This document shows positions 32,143-44,800 of a DNA stretch of 64,000 nt, one piece after another; position 1 is the first letter of the stretch; each line of letters begins with the position of its first letter. Below the pieces are notes generated by a model, which saw nothing but the letters and a program-made list of their open reading frames with translations, searched no databases and was not told where the DNA came from. Made by a program: the position numbers and the translations under genes. This stretch comes from Macrostomum lignano. Its lineage: Eukaryota. The stretch covers positions 62,001-126,000 of the forward strand of contig NIVC01001263.1 in assembly GCA_002269645.1 (NCBI GenBank). The letters are read 5' to 3'.

Positions 32143-32803
32143 TCAGCCCCCACCTGCTAGCAACTCCGGGGGAGGCTTGAAGACACGCTTGCAGCCCGCC
32201 AGCTTCCTGGGAAGCCTTATGTAGTCGGACTCATTGCAAGCATGAGCCGGGAGCTTTGCAGCCAGCCCGGGTGACTCAACTAAACTGCTTCTTGGCTCAT
32301 ATTTACACTTTATTCGCACTGTTTGCACTGAATCTTTTCGCTAAAAACCGTGCGGCAGTGTTATTTCAGCCGTCAATCTGTTTCTTCTGGCGCTGTCTAT
32401 TTCGGTTTGTCTAATTGAGGTCCGCCTTTCTCGCTTTGCGCCAGAAGCCGCTTGTGCGAGCTGCGATCCGATCTGAGTTGATACTGATTATAGATCAGTT
32501 ATGCGCCTACTGATGAGCTTTAATCAGCTTGGGCAAAGCAAAGGAAACTCTTTAATTAGGTATTTTTCTCTGTACTTTTTCGGGGTTTTTTCGACTTCTG
32601 CTACTAGAAGCAAAGTCGCTCTTCTCTGAAGAAATGCTCTCTCTCTCTCTACCTCTGCTCCAAGCGCTGACTTGGGACGCGGCAGCGGGCGCGGGTTCGG
32701 CGTCGGCATCGCCCGCCGGACAGCAGCCATGCAGCGGGCAGAGCCGGTGATAACCTGTCTCTGACCCCGCCTCTTCCACGTTCGGACTGGCGGCTTCACT
32801 TCG
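32143..32803 (-). other. Possible two terminal exons of an unidentified small gene
   Basis: GC-rich segments 32803-32653 and 32279-32143 have AG/GT boundaries and join in phase to give RSEAASPNVEE...AWSRVESPGLAAKLP...LLAGGG*. No homologue recognised. Confidence 0.25.
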
Positions 32804-32896
32804 CTAAACGCCGCCTGCTCTCCCCGGACTCGGAGGACGCCCCTGGTGGTCCTGAACGCAACAGGCCGCTTCTGGATGGCTCACCCAGCATCCGGT

Positions 32897-33331
32897 TGAG
32901 CAAACCAACAGTACTGAGGCTTGCTTCACTGCGGGACCGGCGGCAAACCAACAGTACTGGGGCTTGCTTCACTGCGGGACCGGCGGCAAACCAACTGTAC
33001 TGGGGCTTGCTTCACTGCGGGACCGGCGGCAAACCAACTGTACTGGGGCTTGCTTCACTGCGGGACCGGCGGCAAACCAACTGTACTGGGGCTTGCTTCA
33101 CTGCGGGACCGGCGGCAAACCAACAGTACTGGGGCTTGCTTCACTGCGGGACCGGCGGCAAACCAACAGTACTGGGGCTTGCTTCACTGCGGGACCGGCG
33201 GCAAACCAACTGTACTGGGGCTTGCTTCACTGCGGGACCGGCGGCAAACCAACTGTACTGGGGCTTGCTTCACTGCGGGACCGGCGGCAAACCAACTGTA
33301 CTGGGGCTTGCTTCACTGCGGGACCGGCGGC
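32897..33331. repeat. 43-bp minisatellite, ~10 copies
   Basis: (CAAACCAACTGTACTGGGGCTTGCTTCACTGCGGGACCGGCGG)n. Confidence 0.95.
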
Positions 33332-33669
33332 GCGCAATGAATTCGACCCTCTAAAACAATGATAAAACCCTCTTAGACCAATTTTATTCTTCTCAGCGCT
33401 TGAGTTTATTCCTGCGCTGACATCCTGACTGAGAACTTTCAGGCTAGCAGATCACTGTAGACCAGAGCGCCTCAGGACAAAGGAAACGCAGTAATCATCA
33501 TGCACTCATAAATTTTCGGCTTACAACCAACTGACTGCTTGATACTGATGCCCACCAACAGCTGGACCAGCCACTGCAACCCGAGACTGCGGAGATGATC
33601 AGGGGATCAGGGGGATCTGTCTCGATTTATATAGCAGAAAATTCATATCAAGGAAGCTGTTCTCTTTAT

Positions 33670-34215
33670 CTTCTCTCTGGGGATATTTGAGCATATTTGC
33701 ACCCAGCTATGCCTGTCTCTTTATGGGTCTCTGGGAGGAAACTGCCCTGAGAACTTCCTTCTATAAGCCGGACATCTACTTCAGGTACATAGATGATAGC
33801 TTTATTCACTGGGACCACCCGGCTGATACTCTGACAGAATTTGTTCGTCTCCTGACTTCCATCAACCCTATAACATTAATCTCTCCGTCAGCTCCTCATT
33901 GATTGAGGTCAGCTTCCTTGACATGACCATCAAGAAAGCTCACAATCGTTTCACGCCACAACTGTCTTTATTGCACCGACAGTCCTTCCATCCGTCACAC
34001 AACTTCAAGGGGGGAGTAAAAGCCCAAGCTCGAGTCTGTGACGACTGCAAGTCTTTCAACGATGCTTTTAATTCGTTAAAATCGGAACTCAAGCTACTAG
34101 GGTACTCTAGGATATTTCTTAGAAACTTCTTAATGAGGTACAGGAGCATCATCTGCGACACTCCTGTGGTACCAATCTGGGGAAATCCTCTATGTAGGGA
34201 TAACAAGAAGGACAA
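33670..34215 (+). mobile_element. Decayed Penelope-like element reverse transcriptase fragment
   Basis: FAPSYACLFMGLWE...YFRYIDDSFIHW...FVRLLTSINP, then EVSFLDMTI after a frameshift. These are typical PLE RT motifs. Confidence 0.75.
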
Positions 34216-34484
34216 TGAGAGAAAGAATGAAACATTAACAGGGGATCGGAGTTTTCAGCACACTTTCTCATCCCCAACCACTCCATTGCAAACTTTGTCA
34301 CCTTCGCTATTGAACAAGTCCAAAATAAAACAAAATCAAACTAAGGAAAGAAGTTAAGGCAGAAGAAAAGGATTAAAAAACTGGGGACTGACAATCCCGG
34401 TTGACAACCATCTTCTCCGAGCCATCCCGCTGGTCCTTCCTTTTCATCCATCTTCGGTCTAGCTTGATGCGTCGTGTTATTTCA

Positions 34485-35103
34485 CCCATTGATTCTCCCC
34501 ATTGATTCTCCCCATTGATTCTCCCATTGATTCTCCCCATTGATTCTCCCATTGATTCTCCCCATTGCTTCTCCCCATTGATTCTCCCCATTGATTCTCC
34601 CCATTGATTCTCCCCATTGATTCTCCCCATTGATTCTCCCCATTGATTCTCCCCATTGATTCTCCCCATTGATTCTCCCCATTGATTCTCCCCATTGATT
34701 CTCCCCATTGCTTCTCCCCATTGATTCTCCCCATTGATTCTCCCCATTGATTCTCCCCATTGATTCTCCCCATTGATTCTCCCCATTGATTCTCCCCATT
34801 GATTCTCCCCATTGATTCTCCCCATTGATTCTCCCCATTGCTTCTCCCCATTGATTCTCCCCATTGATTCTCCCCATTGATTCTCCCCATTGATTCTCCC
34901 CATTGATTCTCCCCATTGATTCTCCCCATTGATTCTCCCATTGATTCTCCCCATTGATTCTCCCCATTGATTCTCCCCATTGATTCTCCCCATTGATTCT
35001 CCCCATTGATTCTCCCCATTGATTCTCCCCATTGATTATCCCCATTGATTCTCCCCATTGATTATCCCCATTGATTCTCCCCATTGATTCTCCCCATTGA
35101 TTC
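34485..35103. repeat. 13-bp minisatellite
   Basis: (CCCCATTGATTCT)n. Confidence 0.97.
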
Positions 35104-36530
35104 TCAATCGCACTTGCAAATATCAACTTTTATGGAAGCTTGAAAATTTCCCGCCGAGGTTCGTCCTGCATTGCTTTTTTGCTGCAGCGAATCCAGCCAT
35201 GTGGCAGATTTTGCAATGCTTGGTACATCTTTTAAAGAGATTTCTAGGACAAAGCAGCCTGGCATATACATGAATTAGTAGCTCACCGATGTACTCCTAC
35301 ATGAATATAGCAATGAAAACATACAAGAAAAATAAGCATTTGCTATGCAGTTACTATCGAAACATTTGATCGGGTAAATCTCTTTATTGACTCACCAAGC
35401 ATTGGGCCGGAGGCAATGCAGACAAAATTTGCGTGGCAGAAATGCGCTGCAGGAAGAAAGCACTGCGGGCAAACCTCGGCGGGAAAAGCTTGGCGGGTAA
35501 TTCGTCTGCGGGGAATTCTCGTGGACCCGACTTTTATGCTCCCGACTTCGGAAAAAGCACTTTTTTAATACACTAATTATACTGACTGGTTAAAAGCCTC
35601 CGGGACAAGATAGAACAGGTTCATGTATGTACATCGCTCATTCAACCAAATCTAAGTTCATACATAAAAGGCAAATATTCGTTCAATTAATTTTACTAAC
35701 TCAATACGTCGTGACCTCCCCCCCTTTTTTCTCTCACTATCTACGCACTCCACTCCGTTGACTGACATGTGTCGAACAACAACTGTTGGGCAGCAACAAC
35801 AGCAGCAAGCAGCTGATAAGTTTTTGCCAGTTCGTATTTAATTACGCAACATTAATGCTCTGCAGGTAAAATTTCGACTTAGCAATAAAATCTCACGGCC
35901 TGTTGGGGTTGGTGGGCCACTTTTTTCAATGGTTGCCATTAGCAACGGTGGGTGGGAGAGCCAAGCTGTCATGTGAGGCTCCGAGTGCCCCGGAGTGCGC
36001 ACGTGGTCAGATCGGGCGGGCGCTGCCAGGTCGATCCGAAACTGTAGCGAGAAATCGAAATTGCTACAGTCAGTCGATAAAGCAACTCTCACTGCCTGTA
36101 AACACAATAAACAGAGGAGGGGGGCTCTCAGATTATGCGGAAAATGCTGGCACGGTGTCGCCATAAAACTTGGACTTGCTCGGTGCAGCTTGCGCTGGGG
36201 TGACGCAGGCCAGGGGAGGCAGCGGGGCACGGGGAGGGCGGGTCACCATTAACTTATTAAGAGCCTTGGCGTGCGGCCTAAGCTTGGCTGTTTATCTTAT
36301 CAGCGGGGCCTCCCCATCCAATCCGTCCTCCAACTGGAGCCCCCAGCCCACAGAGCCGCGGAGCCACCTTTCCGTGCCCTCCTCGAGCCGCAGCCAGAGA
36401 TAAATCGGTACAGATACGGCGGGTTAGGCCAGGACTCGAGGAGTTTTGCAGCAAGCAAGCCGAGCAAACTCAACTCTGCCTGTGTTGTCGATCCGCACAA
36501 AGAGCAGAACTCTAAGCACCTAAGCGAGCC

Positions 36531-37657
36531 ATGCAGCATCCCTGCCGACTGCTCATTGCGCTATTCTTGGCCACAGCGGCTCCGCTGATCGCCAAATCCC
36601 AGGAAGACTCGTCCGACGGCATCGGCTGCGGCTACAGCTGGCAGCAGTCGATCTGCAAGCTCGCGCCAGCCGATTTCAGCTTCAATGACGGCTGCAACAC
36701 GGTGACCTGCGACGGTAGCGGCTCGCTGGTCTCCACGCTGATGGCCTGCCCGCCGGCCGCCACAGCCGAGGAGCGACAGCGCTGCCAGACGATCCGTGAG
36801 AACATACAGCTGCGACTGGACGATGCGGACAGGGTAACCTGCCCGGCGCTGTCCATGCAGGCCGTCTGCGCCACCGCCGGTGCCGGCTTCACTTACAGCG
36901 ACGGCTGCAACCCGGTGGTCTGCGACGGCAACGGCAGCGGCACGTCCACGTTGATGTTCTGCCCGTCGCCGGGAGACCCTACCCAGATCGCCAGGTGCGA
37001 GCGGCGCATGGAGCGCCTGGTCGAACGGATGGAGCCGCGGACCTGCTCGGGATCAACAAGACGGAGGTCTGCCGGATGGAGGGCATCGGGTACCGATTCA
37101 GCGACGGCTGCAACACGATCGAGTGCGGAGAGAGCGGCATGTGGACCAGCACGCTCATGGGCTGCCCGCCAGCCAGTTCCGAGAGCGCCCTCTGCCAGTG
37201 GGTGGTCAGCAAAGCCCGCCGAACTGCTCCTGAGGGCAACCGGGACCTCGACTGTCCGGAGCTGGCCATGTCGCGAATCTGCACGAATGAGATGAACGGC
37301 TTTCGCTACAACGACGGATGCAACGAAGTGTACTGCTCCTCGCCGGGCCGTGGTGTCAGCACCACCCGCCTCTGTCGGGTGGGCAGCGAGGCGGAGGCCG
37401 CTCGCAGGTGCAGCGACGCCAAGACGGCCATGGAGGCGAAGCGCCGAGAGTCAAAGCGGCGCACGAGCTGCCTGACGGCTGCGGACGTCTGCAAGCAGCC
37501 CGGGGAGCGGAAATCGTTCTTCGACGGCTGCAACTATTGCTTCTGCATGGGCGTCAATCGGGCAGGCTGCACCCGGCGGGCTTGTCAGCCCTACTTCAGC
37601 ACTGAGGAGGAGTTCAGGGCAGAGTGCGTGCGGCGCAAGGCCGGCATCATCAACTAG
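36531..37657 (+). CDS. Secreted pacifastin-like Cys-rich repeat protein A (5 repeats, ~375 aa), interrupted by a 1-nt frameshift at about 37049-37051
   Basis: Signal peptide MQHPCRLLIALFLATAAPLIAKS. Four (F/Y)x(F/Y)xDGCNxVxC...STxxxC repeats are followed by a canonical pacifastin motif CKQPGERKSFFDGCNYCFCMGVNRAGCTRRAC. The track splits it into ORFs 36531-37295 and 36995-37657. Intronless. Confidence 0.75.
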
Positions 37658-38787
37658 AGACCCTGCCGATTTCGTTCACGTACCTGTGCCTTGACCAACC
37701 ATCAGCGAAGCCGCACATCAATGTTATACGAGACTCGAGGCGTTTCCACAAAAATTTGCTGTTGTTTTTAGAATTTGCACGGGTGACTGGGAAAGGTTTC
37801 AGTTGCGCTCGCGGCTTGGCAAATGACAATGGGGGGTTGGCCGGTAGCTGGAAGCGTCTCGCTGACCTTGTGATGGGCTGTAGAAGTAAAACTTGTAAAC
37901 TTTTCTCGTGCAAGCGCTGCGAGGGGCGTCATTTTTTAAAAACTCCGCGTTACTTACTTTGCTAGTACTCGCTTTATACATTCTGCATGCGGCCTCCGAT
38001 CTCTGTTGATGCATCTCTTTCCCTCTCATTAACCCCGATTTCATTACCGATAGAACCTCGATAATGCTGGTGTAGACTTGATCAATACGTAATCTTATTT
38101 TCCAATTTGTTGATTATTCCCAATGCCGCTATCCCTGTGTACATGCGACACGTCATCCCATCGCGTTTTTAGGCCAGGACTTGTAGCTCAGTATTTCCTT
38201 GCGGTCCGGGCTCTGGCCCAGCGCTTGATTGCAGAGCTGGGCAGACCGGGGGCGGGGCTGACAAAGGGACCAACCGCGTTTGTCGCTAAGCCAGGGCCTG
38301 GCCGCAATCGTTTTGACCTCGGCATCAACCGCTTTATTTGCGCTGAATGAAATAGAATAAAACATTTCGCACAGTCAACACGAAACTGGGCCTGTTGCCC
38401 GAGTTGGCGCTTTCTCACTGGGCTGGGCAATTGTGAGCTGCCATCGGTCAGTTTGCGGATCTGGCCAATGCAGCGGCAGCTGACCACCAAAACTGGAGAA
38501 TTGATGAGTCAGGAGCCCCTCCCCGTCAGTGCCAGATCAGCCTGAGCTGGCGGGGCTTGAAAGGGTAGAAAGGTTCGCCCAGCAACCGGTTCGCACTGCC
38601 AATTATGTCGGCAATTATCAGCAATCAGCTTTGAAATGCTAAATGTCAGAAAACGGAAGTTCAAACTGCCATTTTACTCTTCGAACTGTCCGCTTCGTTG
38701 GCATAAAAGACTTGAAAAGCTGATGCTTTTCCCACAGCAAAATATCAATTCAGCTTTTCTAAGAGACTACTGGGATAAACGAAAACT

Positions 38788-39756
38788 ATGCAGCTTCTCT
38801 TCCTCATCACGGTGGGCCTGCTGTGCACTGCCGTTTCGAGTAGTCAGGCCGAGAAGGATGAGCCGGCCCTGCGCTGTCCGGACCTCGATCCCGGACTCGT
38901 CTGCAACGCCACGGAGTCCGGCTTCAGCTACAACGATGGCTGCAACACCGTCACCTGCAACGATGGCGGTCTGGCGAGCACCACCCTCCTGGCCTGCCCG
39001 GAGCCCAGCAGCCGGGGCGAGCGGAACCTCTGCGAGAGCCTCTCCCGCGCCGTCTGGAGCCGCCTCGGCCCCTTCACTTGCTACAACATCGATGCCGACT
39101 CCGTCTGTACCCGCCGCGGCGCCGGCTTCGCCTTCAGCGACGGCTGCAACCGGGTCCGCTGTCTGGCGGCCGGCGGCCACGCCAGGACCCGCATGGAATG
39201 CCCGGTGACCGACCCGACCGGCCCGTACTGCCGCTTCGTGGCATTGGCGTTGGAGTCGGAGGGCTCGGAAAAGCAGCAGTCGGAGGAGCCGCGAGCCGGC
39301 GCGCTCGAGGAGGACGAGTTCGAGTGCCCGGCGCTGCGGCACAGCCGCATCTGCGAGGAGTTCCTGCCGGGCTTCCAGTACAACGACGGCTGTCGGAACG
39401 TCACCTGCGTGTCGGACGGCCTGGCCCGCGTGGCCGACAGCCGCGAGTGCCCGCAGCCGGAGCCCGACAACGAGGCCGCCGCTCTCTACTGCCGGGAGGC
39501 GCAGCGCCGCTTCCAGGAGAAGAAGGACCGGTCGCGCTTCTACACGACCTGCCTGGACGCCGACAGCCTGTGCAGGGGCCGGCGCACCGCCGAACTGGCC
39601 TTCTTCGACGGCTGCAACCGCTGCTTCTGCCTGCCGGACCGCAGCGCCGCCTGCACCCGGGCTGCCTGCCCGCCGATGTTCATCACCCCGGAGGAGTTCA
39701 CCGCCCACTGCCGCCGCGTCGGAGCGGGCGTGCTGTCGCACAGACGGCGGAAGTAG
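38788..39756 (+). CDS. Secreted pacifastin-like Cys-rich repeat protein B (4 repeats, 322 aa)
   Basis: Intact intronless ORF with signal peptide MQLLFLITVGLLCTAVSSSQA, three degenerate repeats and a terminal canonical motif CRGRRTAELAFFDGCNRCFCLPDRSAACTRAAC. AATAAA at 39927. Paralogue of protein A. Confidence 0.85.
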   Translation: MQLLFLITVGLLCTAVSSSQAEKDEPALRCPDLDPGLVCNATESGFSYNDGCNTVTCNDGGLASTTLLACPEPSSRGERNLCESLSRAVWSRLGPFTCYNIDADSVCTRRGAGFAFSDGCNRVRCLAAGGHARTRMECPVTDPTGPYCRFVALALESEGSEKQQSEEPRAGALEEDEFECPALRHSRICEEFLPGFQYNDGCRNVTCVSDGLARVADSRECPQPEPDNEAAALYCREAQRRFQEKKDRSRFYTTCLDADSLCRGRRTAELAFFDGCNRCFCLPDRSAACTRAACPPMFITPEEFTAHCRRVGAGVLSHRRRK

Positions 39757-40619
39757 GGTGCAGAAGGGTGGGGCACCGCTGAACTGGATGTCCAGTCCAA
39801 TTATACTAACGAACTACAGGCTTCATTCAGTATGACAGATGCAACAAGCAACAGTTTATTTTTTCAACACTGCTTTGCCACCTGCTGTCTCATGGCTACA
39901 CTAATCTTGTGTTAACTAAAATATACAATAAAACAAATATTTAAAAGGTTTCCAGCCGGATTCTCACAGTTAGTGTTAATTACTTTGGTTGAACTGTAGC
40001 CAGTTCGAGACGGATGCTCATAGCTCTTGGGGCTCCTAATTAGTTGTCAGCGATGTGCAGCTTTGGTGGGTGGTGGGCCGAAACCCAACAGGTGTCAGGG
40101 ACCAACGGAGGTGGAGAGGGCCCTGAGCCCACTGAAAGTCCCTATCTGGAAGAACTCGGAGCTCGGGGGCCGGCCAGGGCCCTTCAAAGGGCCGAGCGCT
40201 CAAAACCGCAGACCCGTCCGACAGAGAAGCTCAAACTTGTGCGCCCCACGAGTTTAATAAGGGCTAAGTTAGAAGGGCCAAGACAGCCAAGAGACGCCAA
40301 AGGGCTTGAGGGCTCTCGCGCCATGATAAAAGGCACTCACGAACGACCGTTTCTTTAAGCTCTGTGTGGTGAAGATACCTGATGGCTCGGTCACGGAGAG
40401 CTATAAAGAGACCCTAGAGCTCAGCAGCTGCGACTTGTCCCTTCATTTGCGCTCAGCTCAACTCCCTAATGCGCACTTGTGCCACTTTTTAGCAAGTTTA
40501 CATGCATGTCAGCAGTGTAAACCGTACGCAGATGGGGGCCGAACCCCTTGAATCGCCCCCCCCCCATAAACGCTGTGCTCCTCCAAAAACAAAGTCCCTA
40601 GAGACCTAGAGATCTAGAA

Positions 40620-41112
40620 ACAGGAGCGCTCATCTAGAGACAGGAGCGCTCACCTTGAGAATTGAGCGCTCAACTAGAGACAGGAGCGCTCATCTAGAGA
40701 CAGGAGCGCTCATCTAGAGACAGAAGCGCTCGTCTAGAGACAAGGGCACTACACCTATAGACAGAAGCGCTCGTCTAGAGACAAGGGCACTACACCTATA
40801 GACAGAAGCGCTCGTCTAGAGACAAGGGCACTACACCTATAGACAGAAGCGCTCGTCTAGAGACAAGGGCACTACACCTATAGACAGAAGCGCTCGTCTA
40901 GAGACAAGGGCACTACACCTATAGACAGAAGCGCTCGTCTAGAGACAAGGGCACTACACCTATAGACAGAAGCGCTCGTCTAGAGACAAGGGCACTACAC
41001 CTATAGACAGAAGCGCTCGTCTAGAGACAAGGGCACTACACCTATAGACAGGAGCGCTCGTCTAGAGACAAGGGCACTACACCTATAGACAGGAGCGCTC
41101 GTCTAGAGACAG
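40620..41112. repeat. 41-bp minisatellite preceded by a related 20-bp monomer
   Basis: (TCTAGAGACAAGGGCACTACACCTATAGACAGAAGCGCTCG)n after TCTAGAGACAGGAGCGCTCA units. Confidence 0.92.
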
Positions 41113-41838
41113 GGGCGCCCACCAAAAGCCAAAAATCGGTGCCCCAAAAAATTGCAGCGCACGCAACTGCAAGGCGGTGATATGCTTTATGACACAGTAT
41201 ACTCATTCGGCTTACTGATTGATTTTTATATTTTCAGCTAACTTCACCAACCACGAACTGAGATCGGTTCCCAGCCTGCTTAGACTTATCAAATTTCTGG
41301 CTCAAAAGCGAATGAGAAGCCGATCGATTGATTCAAACACGATTTTTACGCTCAAGATGATTCGCAGATGCACTTTAAGGCCTAACTATTTACGGCAAAA
41401 TCAAAGCAGCCGGAGACTTTGCTCGCACAATTTCAGGTTGATCATGTTATCAGAAGGCCAGACACAAAGGACTTAAAAATGCAGTCAAACAGTCTATGGA
41501 GTTAGTTTTCTAATTAAACGGCAGAGTATATTTGTTATAGTAGTTATTACTGCCCTTAGCTCAATAACGGAATTGTTACACGCTGATAAAATGATCACAG
41601 CTCACCAGGTTTCGGGGCCAAAGCATTCATTGGGCAAAAATCAAAATAAATATATATTTAGCATAAGGCAATAATCAGTAAGGATCCGCACAGATTGCAG
41701 ATCAGTTCCTAAAATGAATCAGCTTCAATATCAATCGATAAGATGAATCAATAGTACTGGCACAGGTGCCTATTGTAAATCTGTAACAACGAACATATCC
41801 GACAGTTGGCAACTGGCAGGGGGATTCCCCATCTCTGC

Positions 41839-44800
41839 CTACTCCTCGGGCGCTGAGCCGGCCAGCAGCTGCATGTACAGCTCCTCAGGCAGGCCCTCCG
41901 CCTTGTCGAGCATTTCCTTGTTGCTAAGCTCGGGCGTGCCGAAGTACTTGCTCGTGTCCGCCCACTTCTTCACTCCGAAGGCAGACACCCCAGTGGAGGA
42001 GTTGACGAACTTGAACGGCTCCACCTTCAGCCAGGGGAACACCAGGTCCTTGAACTTGCGCAGGCCGCCCCACAGCTTCTGGCACTTGGCGCAGACAATC
42101 TGCGAGTTCAGCAGGTCTTCGGCGGGGCCGCCCGGCCTTGGCTGCAGACGAGCGCGGCCGTCGGTCAGCAGGGAGTCGCGCAGCACCACGAAATGCTTGT
42201 CGGCCATGCGGAGGTCCAGCGAAGTGCAAGCGAGGGTGTTGCAGCCGACGCACTGCAGGTTGTAGTGGGGCCGCGGCGTTGAACCCCGAGGCGCAGCAGC
42301 ACCCCTCGCGGAAGCGGCAGACTTCTGGATCTGCTGAATCTTGCGCAGGCAGGCCTGGTCGGACTGCAGTTTCTGCACCTGATGGAGTCAAGACGCAAGA
42401 GCTGAAATCAGCGTTTCTAAAGGCGCATACACGCTAGCACACATTGGGACACATTGAGGCGCCTAAAGACACACCAGCCTCTCACAAGACAAAATTCAAA
42501 ATAGACACAGTAACATCCTTAAAGACATGAACATCCTTAAAGACAAGTAACGTGCTCAAAGACACATTAACATACTAAGACACACTAACATAATCAAAGA
42601 CAGATTAACATCCTCAAAGACAGATTAACATCTTCAAAGACACATTAACATCCTCAAAGACACATTGACATCCTCAAAGACAGATTAACCTCCTCAAAGA
42701 CACATTGACATCCTCAAAGACAGATTAACATCCTCAAAGACACATTAACATCCTCAAAGACAGATAAACATCCTCAAAGACACATTAACATCCTCAAAGA
42801 CACATTAACATCCTCAAAGACAGATTAACATCCTCAAAGACACATTAACATCCTCAAAGACACATTAACATCCTCAAAGACAGATTAACAACCTCAAAGA
42901 CACATTGACATCCTCAAAGACAGATTAACATCCTCAAAGACACATTAACATCCTCAAAGACAGATAAACATCCTCAAAGACACATTAACATCCTCAAAGA
43001 CACATTAACATCCTCAAAGACAGATTAACATCTTCAAAGACAGATTAACAACCTCAAAGACACATTGACATCCTCAAAGACAGATTGACATCGTCAAAGA
43101 CAGATTGACATCCTCAAAGACACATTAACATCCTCAAAGACAGATTAACATCTTCAAAGACAGATTAACAACCTCAAAGACACATTAACATCCTCAAAGA
43201 CAGATTAACATCTTCAAAGACATATTAACAACCTCAAAGACACATTGACATCCTCAAAGACAGATTGACATCGTCAAAGACAGATTGACATGCTCAAAGA
43301 CACAGTAACATCCTCAAAGACACATTGACATCCTCAAAGACTCATTAACAATCTCAAAGACACATTGACATCCTCAAAGACTCATTAACATTATCAAAGA
43401 CAGAAAGGAGAAATTTCAAACCCATAAAAATCATCAAAGACGCTAGCAGCCTCACAACACGCAAGCATATCTACAAAGCCAAACGAGCACAGAGACCAGA
43501 GCAGCACCTTGGCCTGGAACTCCAGCTGCTCCATCTTGCTCAGCCGCAGCACAGCCTCCTGCATCATCTCGTCCCGCATCCTGTTTGTCTTCTCCTTGTC
43601 GGACAGCCAGCCCAGCTGCTCGGGCACAATCACGTGATACGTGCTGCCCTCGGCCCGGCCGCGGCCCTTCGACTGCACCATGGCGATTTCGTTGGTGACG
43701 TGGCAGAAGCGAACAACCATGTTGCACTTTTGCACGTCCAGGCCCTCCTCGCTGACGCTCGTGCTGATGAGAATCTGCGGGGTTTCATAATAATAATAGT
43801 AATAATAATAATAATAATTCAGGTGGGCTCTGGGCAACCTGGCGCAACGCGATTCTGCCCACTCTGCTAACCCCTGAGCTTAGAATAACCCAAAAACCAC
43901 CCGAATCCCACCCACAATCCCTCAAATCCCCACCTTAGCCACGCCCCGCCTAAAGTCGGCCAGCGTGTCGGTCTGCGCATTCTGCGTGATGCCGCCAACG
44001 GCGCCACAGGCGTTCGCACCGGTCATGACGGCGGCCCTGACCCCGGCGTTGGCCAGCTCGGGCTGGCTGCTGTCCAAGAAGTCCTTGATGGAGCGGGTGA
44101 AGCAGCGCTGCTGCACAAAGATGATCACCCGCGAGTCCCCGTTCTGGCCAAACTGACCGCGAAGGATTTCGGCCAAGATTTTCAGAGCGGGACTCGAACC
44201 TGCGGCCTCGGGCTGCTCCCGGCAGAACGCGTCCATTTTCGGCAGGGCGCTGCGAAGGTCGTCCCGCAGATCCCGGTCCAGCCGGCAGGTGGGCTGGCCA
44301 CACTTCGGGTCCAGCTCGTCCCGGAGGTAGCGAAGGGCGTCCACAGACCTGCGGGATAGGAAGGAACCACTGGGCTTGTTGCACTATTAAACCTATTGGC
44401 GCTATTTATCAGCCTCTCAACCCACCCTATCAGCCTCCCCACCCACCCTATCAGCCTCCCACCCACCCTATCAGCCTCCCCACCCATCCTATCAGCCTCC
44501 CAACCCTGCCTCCCCACCAGCCTATCAGCCTCCCCACCTACCCTATCAGCCTCCCCACCCATCCTATCAGCCTCCCCACCCACCCTATCAGCCTCCCCAC
44601 CCACCCTATCAGCCTCCCCACCTACCCTATCAGCCTCCCCACCCATCCTATCAGCCTCCCCAGTCCCCACCCATCCTATCAGCCTCCCCACCCACCCTAT
44701 CAGCCTCCCCACCCACCCTATCAGCCTCCCCACCCATCCTATCAGCCTCCCCACCTACCCTATCAGCCTCCCCACCCTATCAGCCTCCCCACCCACCCTA

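Noticed and set aside
32506-32550. CTGATGAG...GAAAC hammerhead-like core
   Set aside because: Stem II closing pair is wrong and no stem I or III can be formed.
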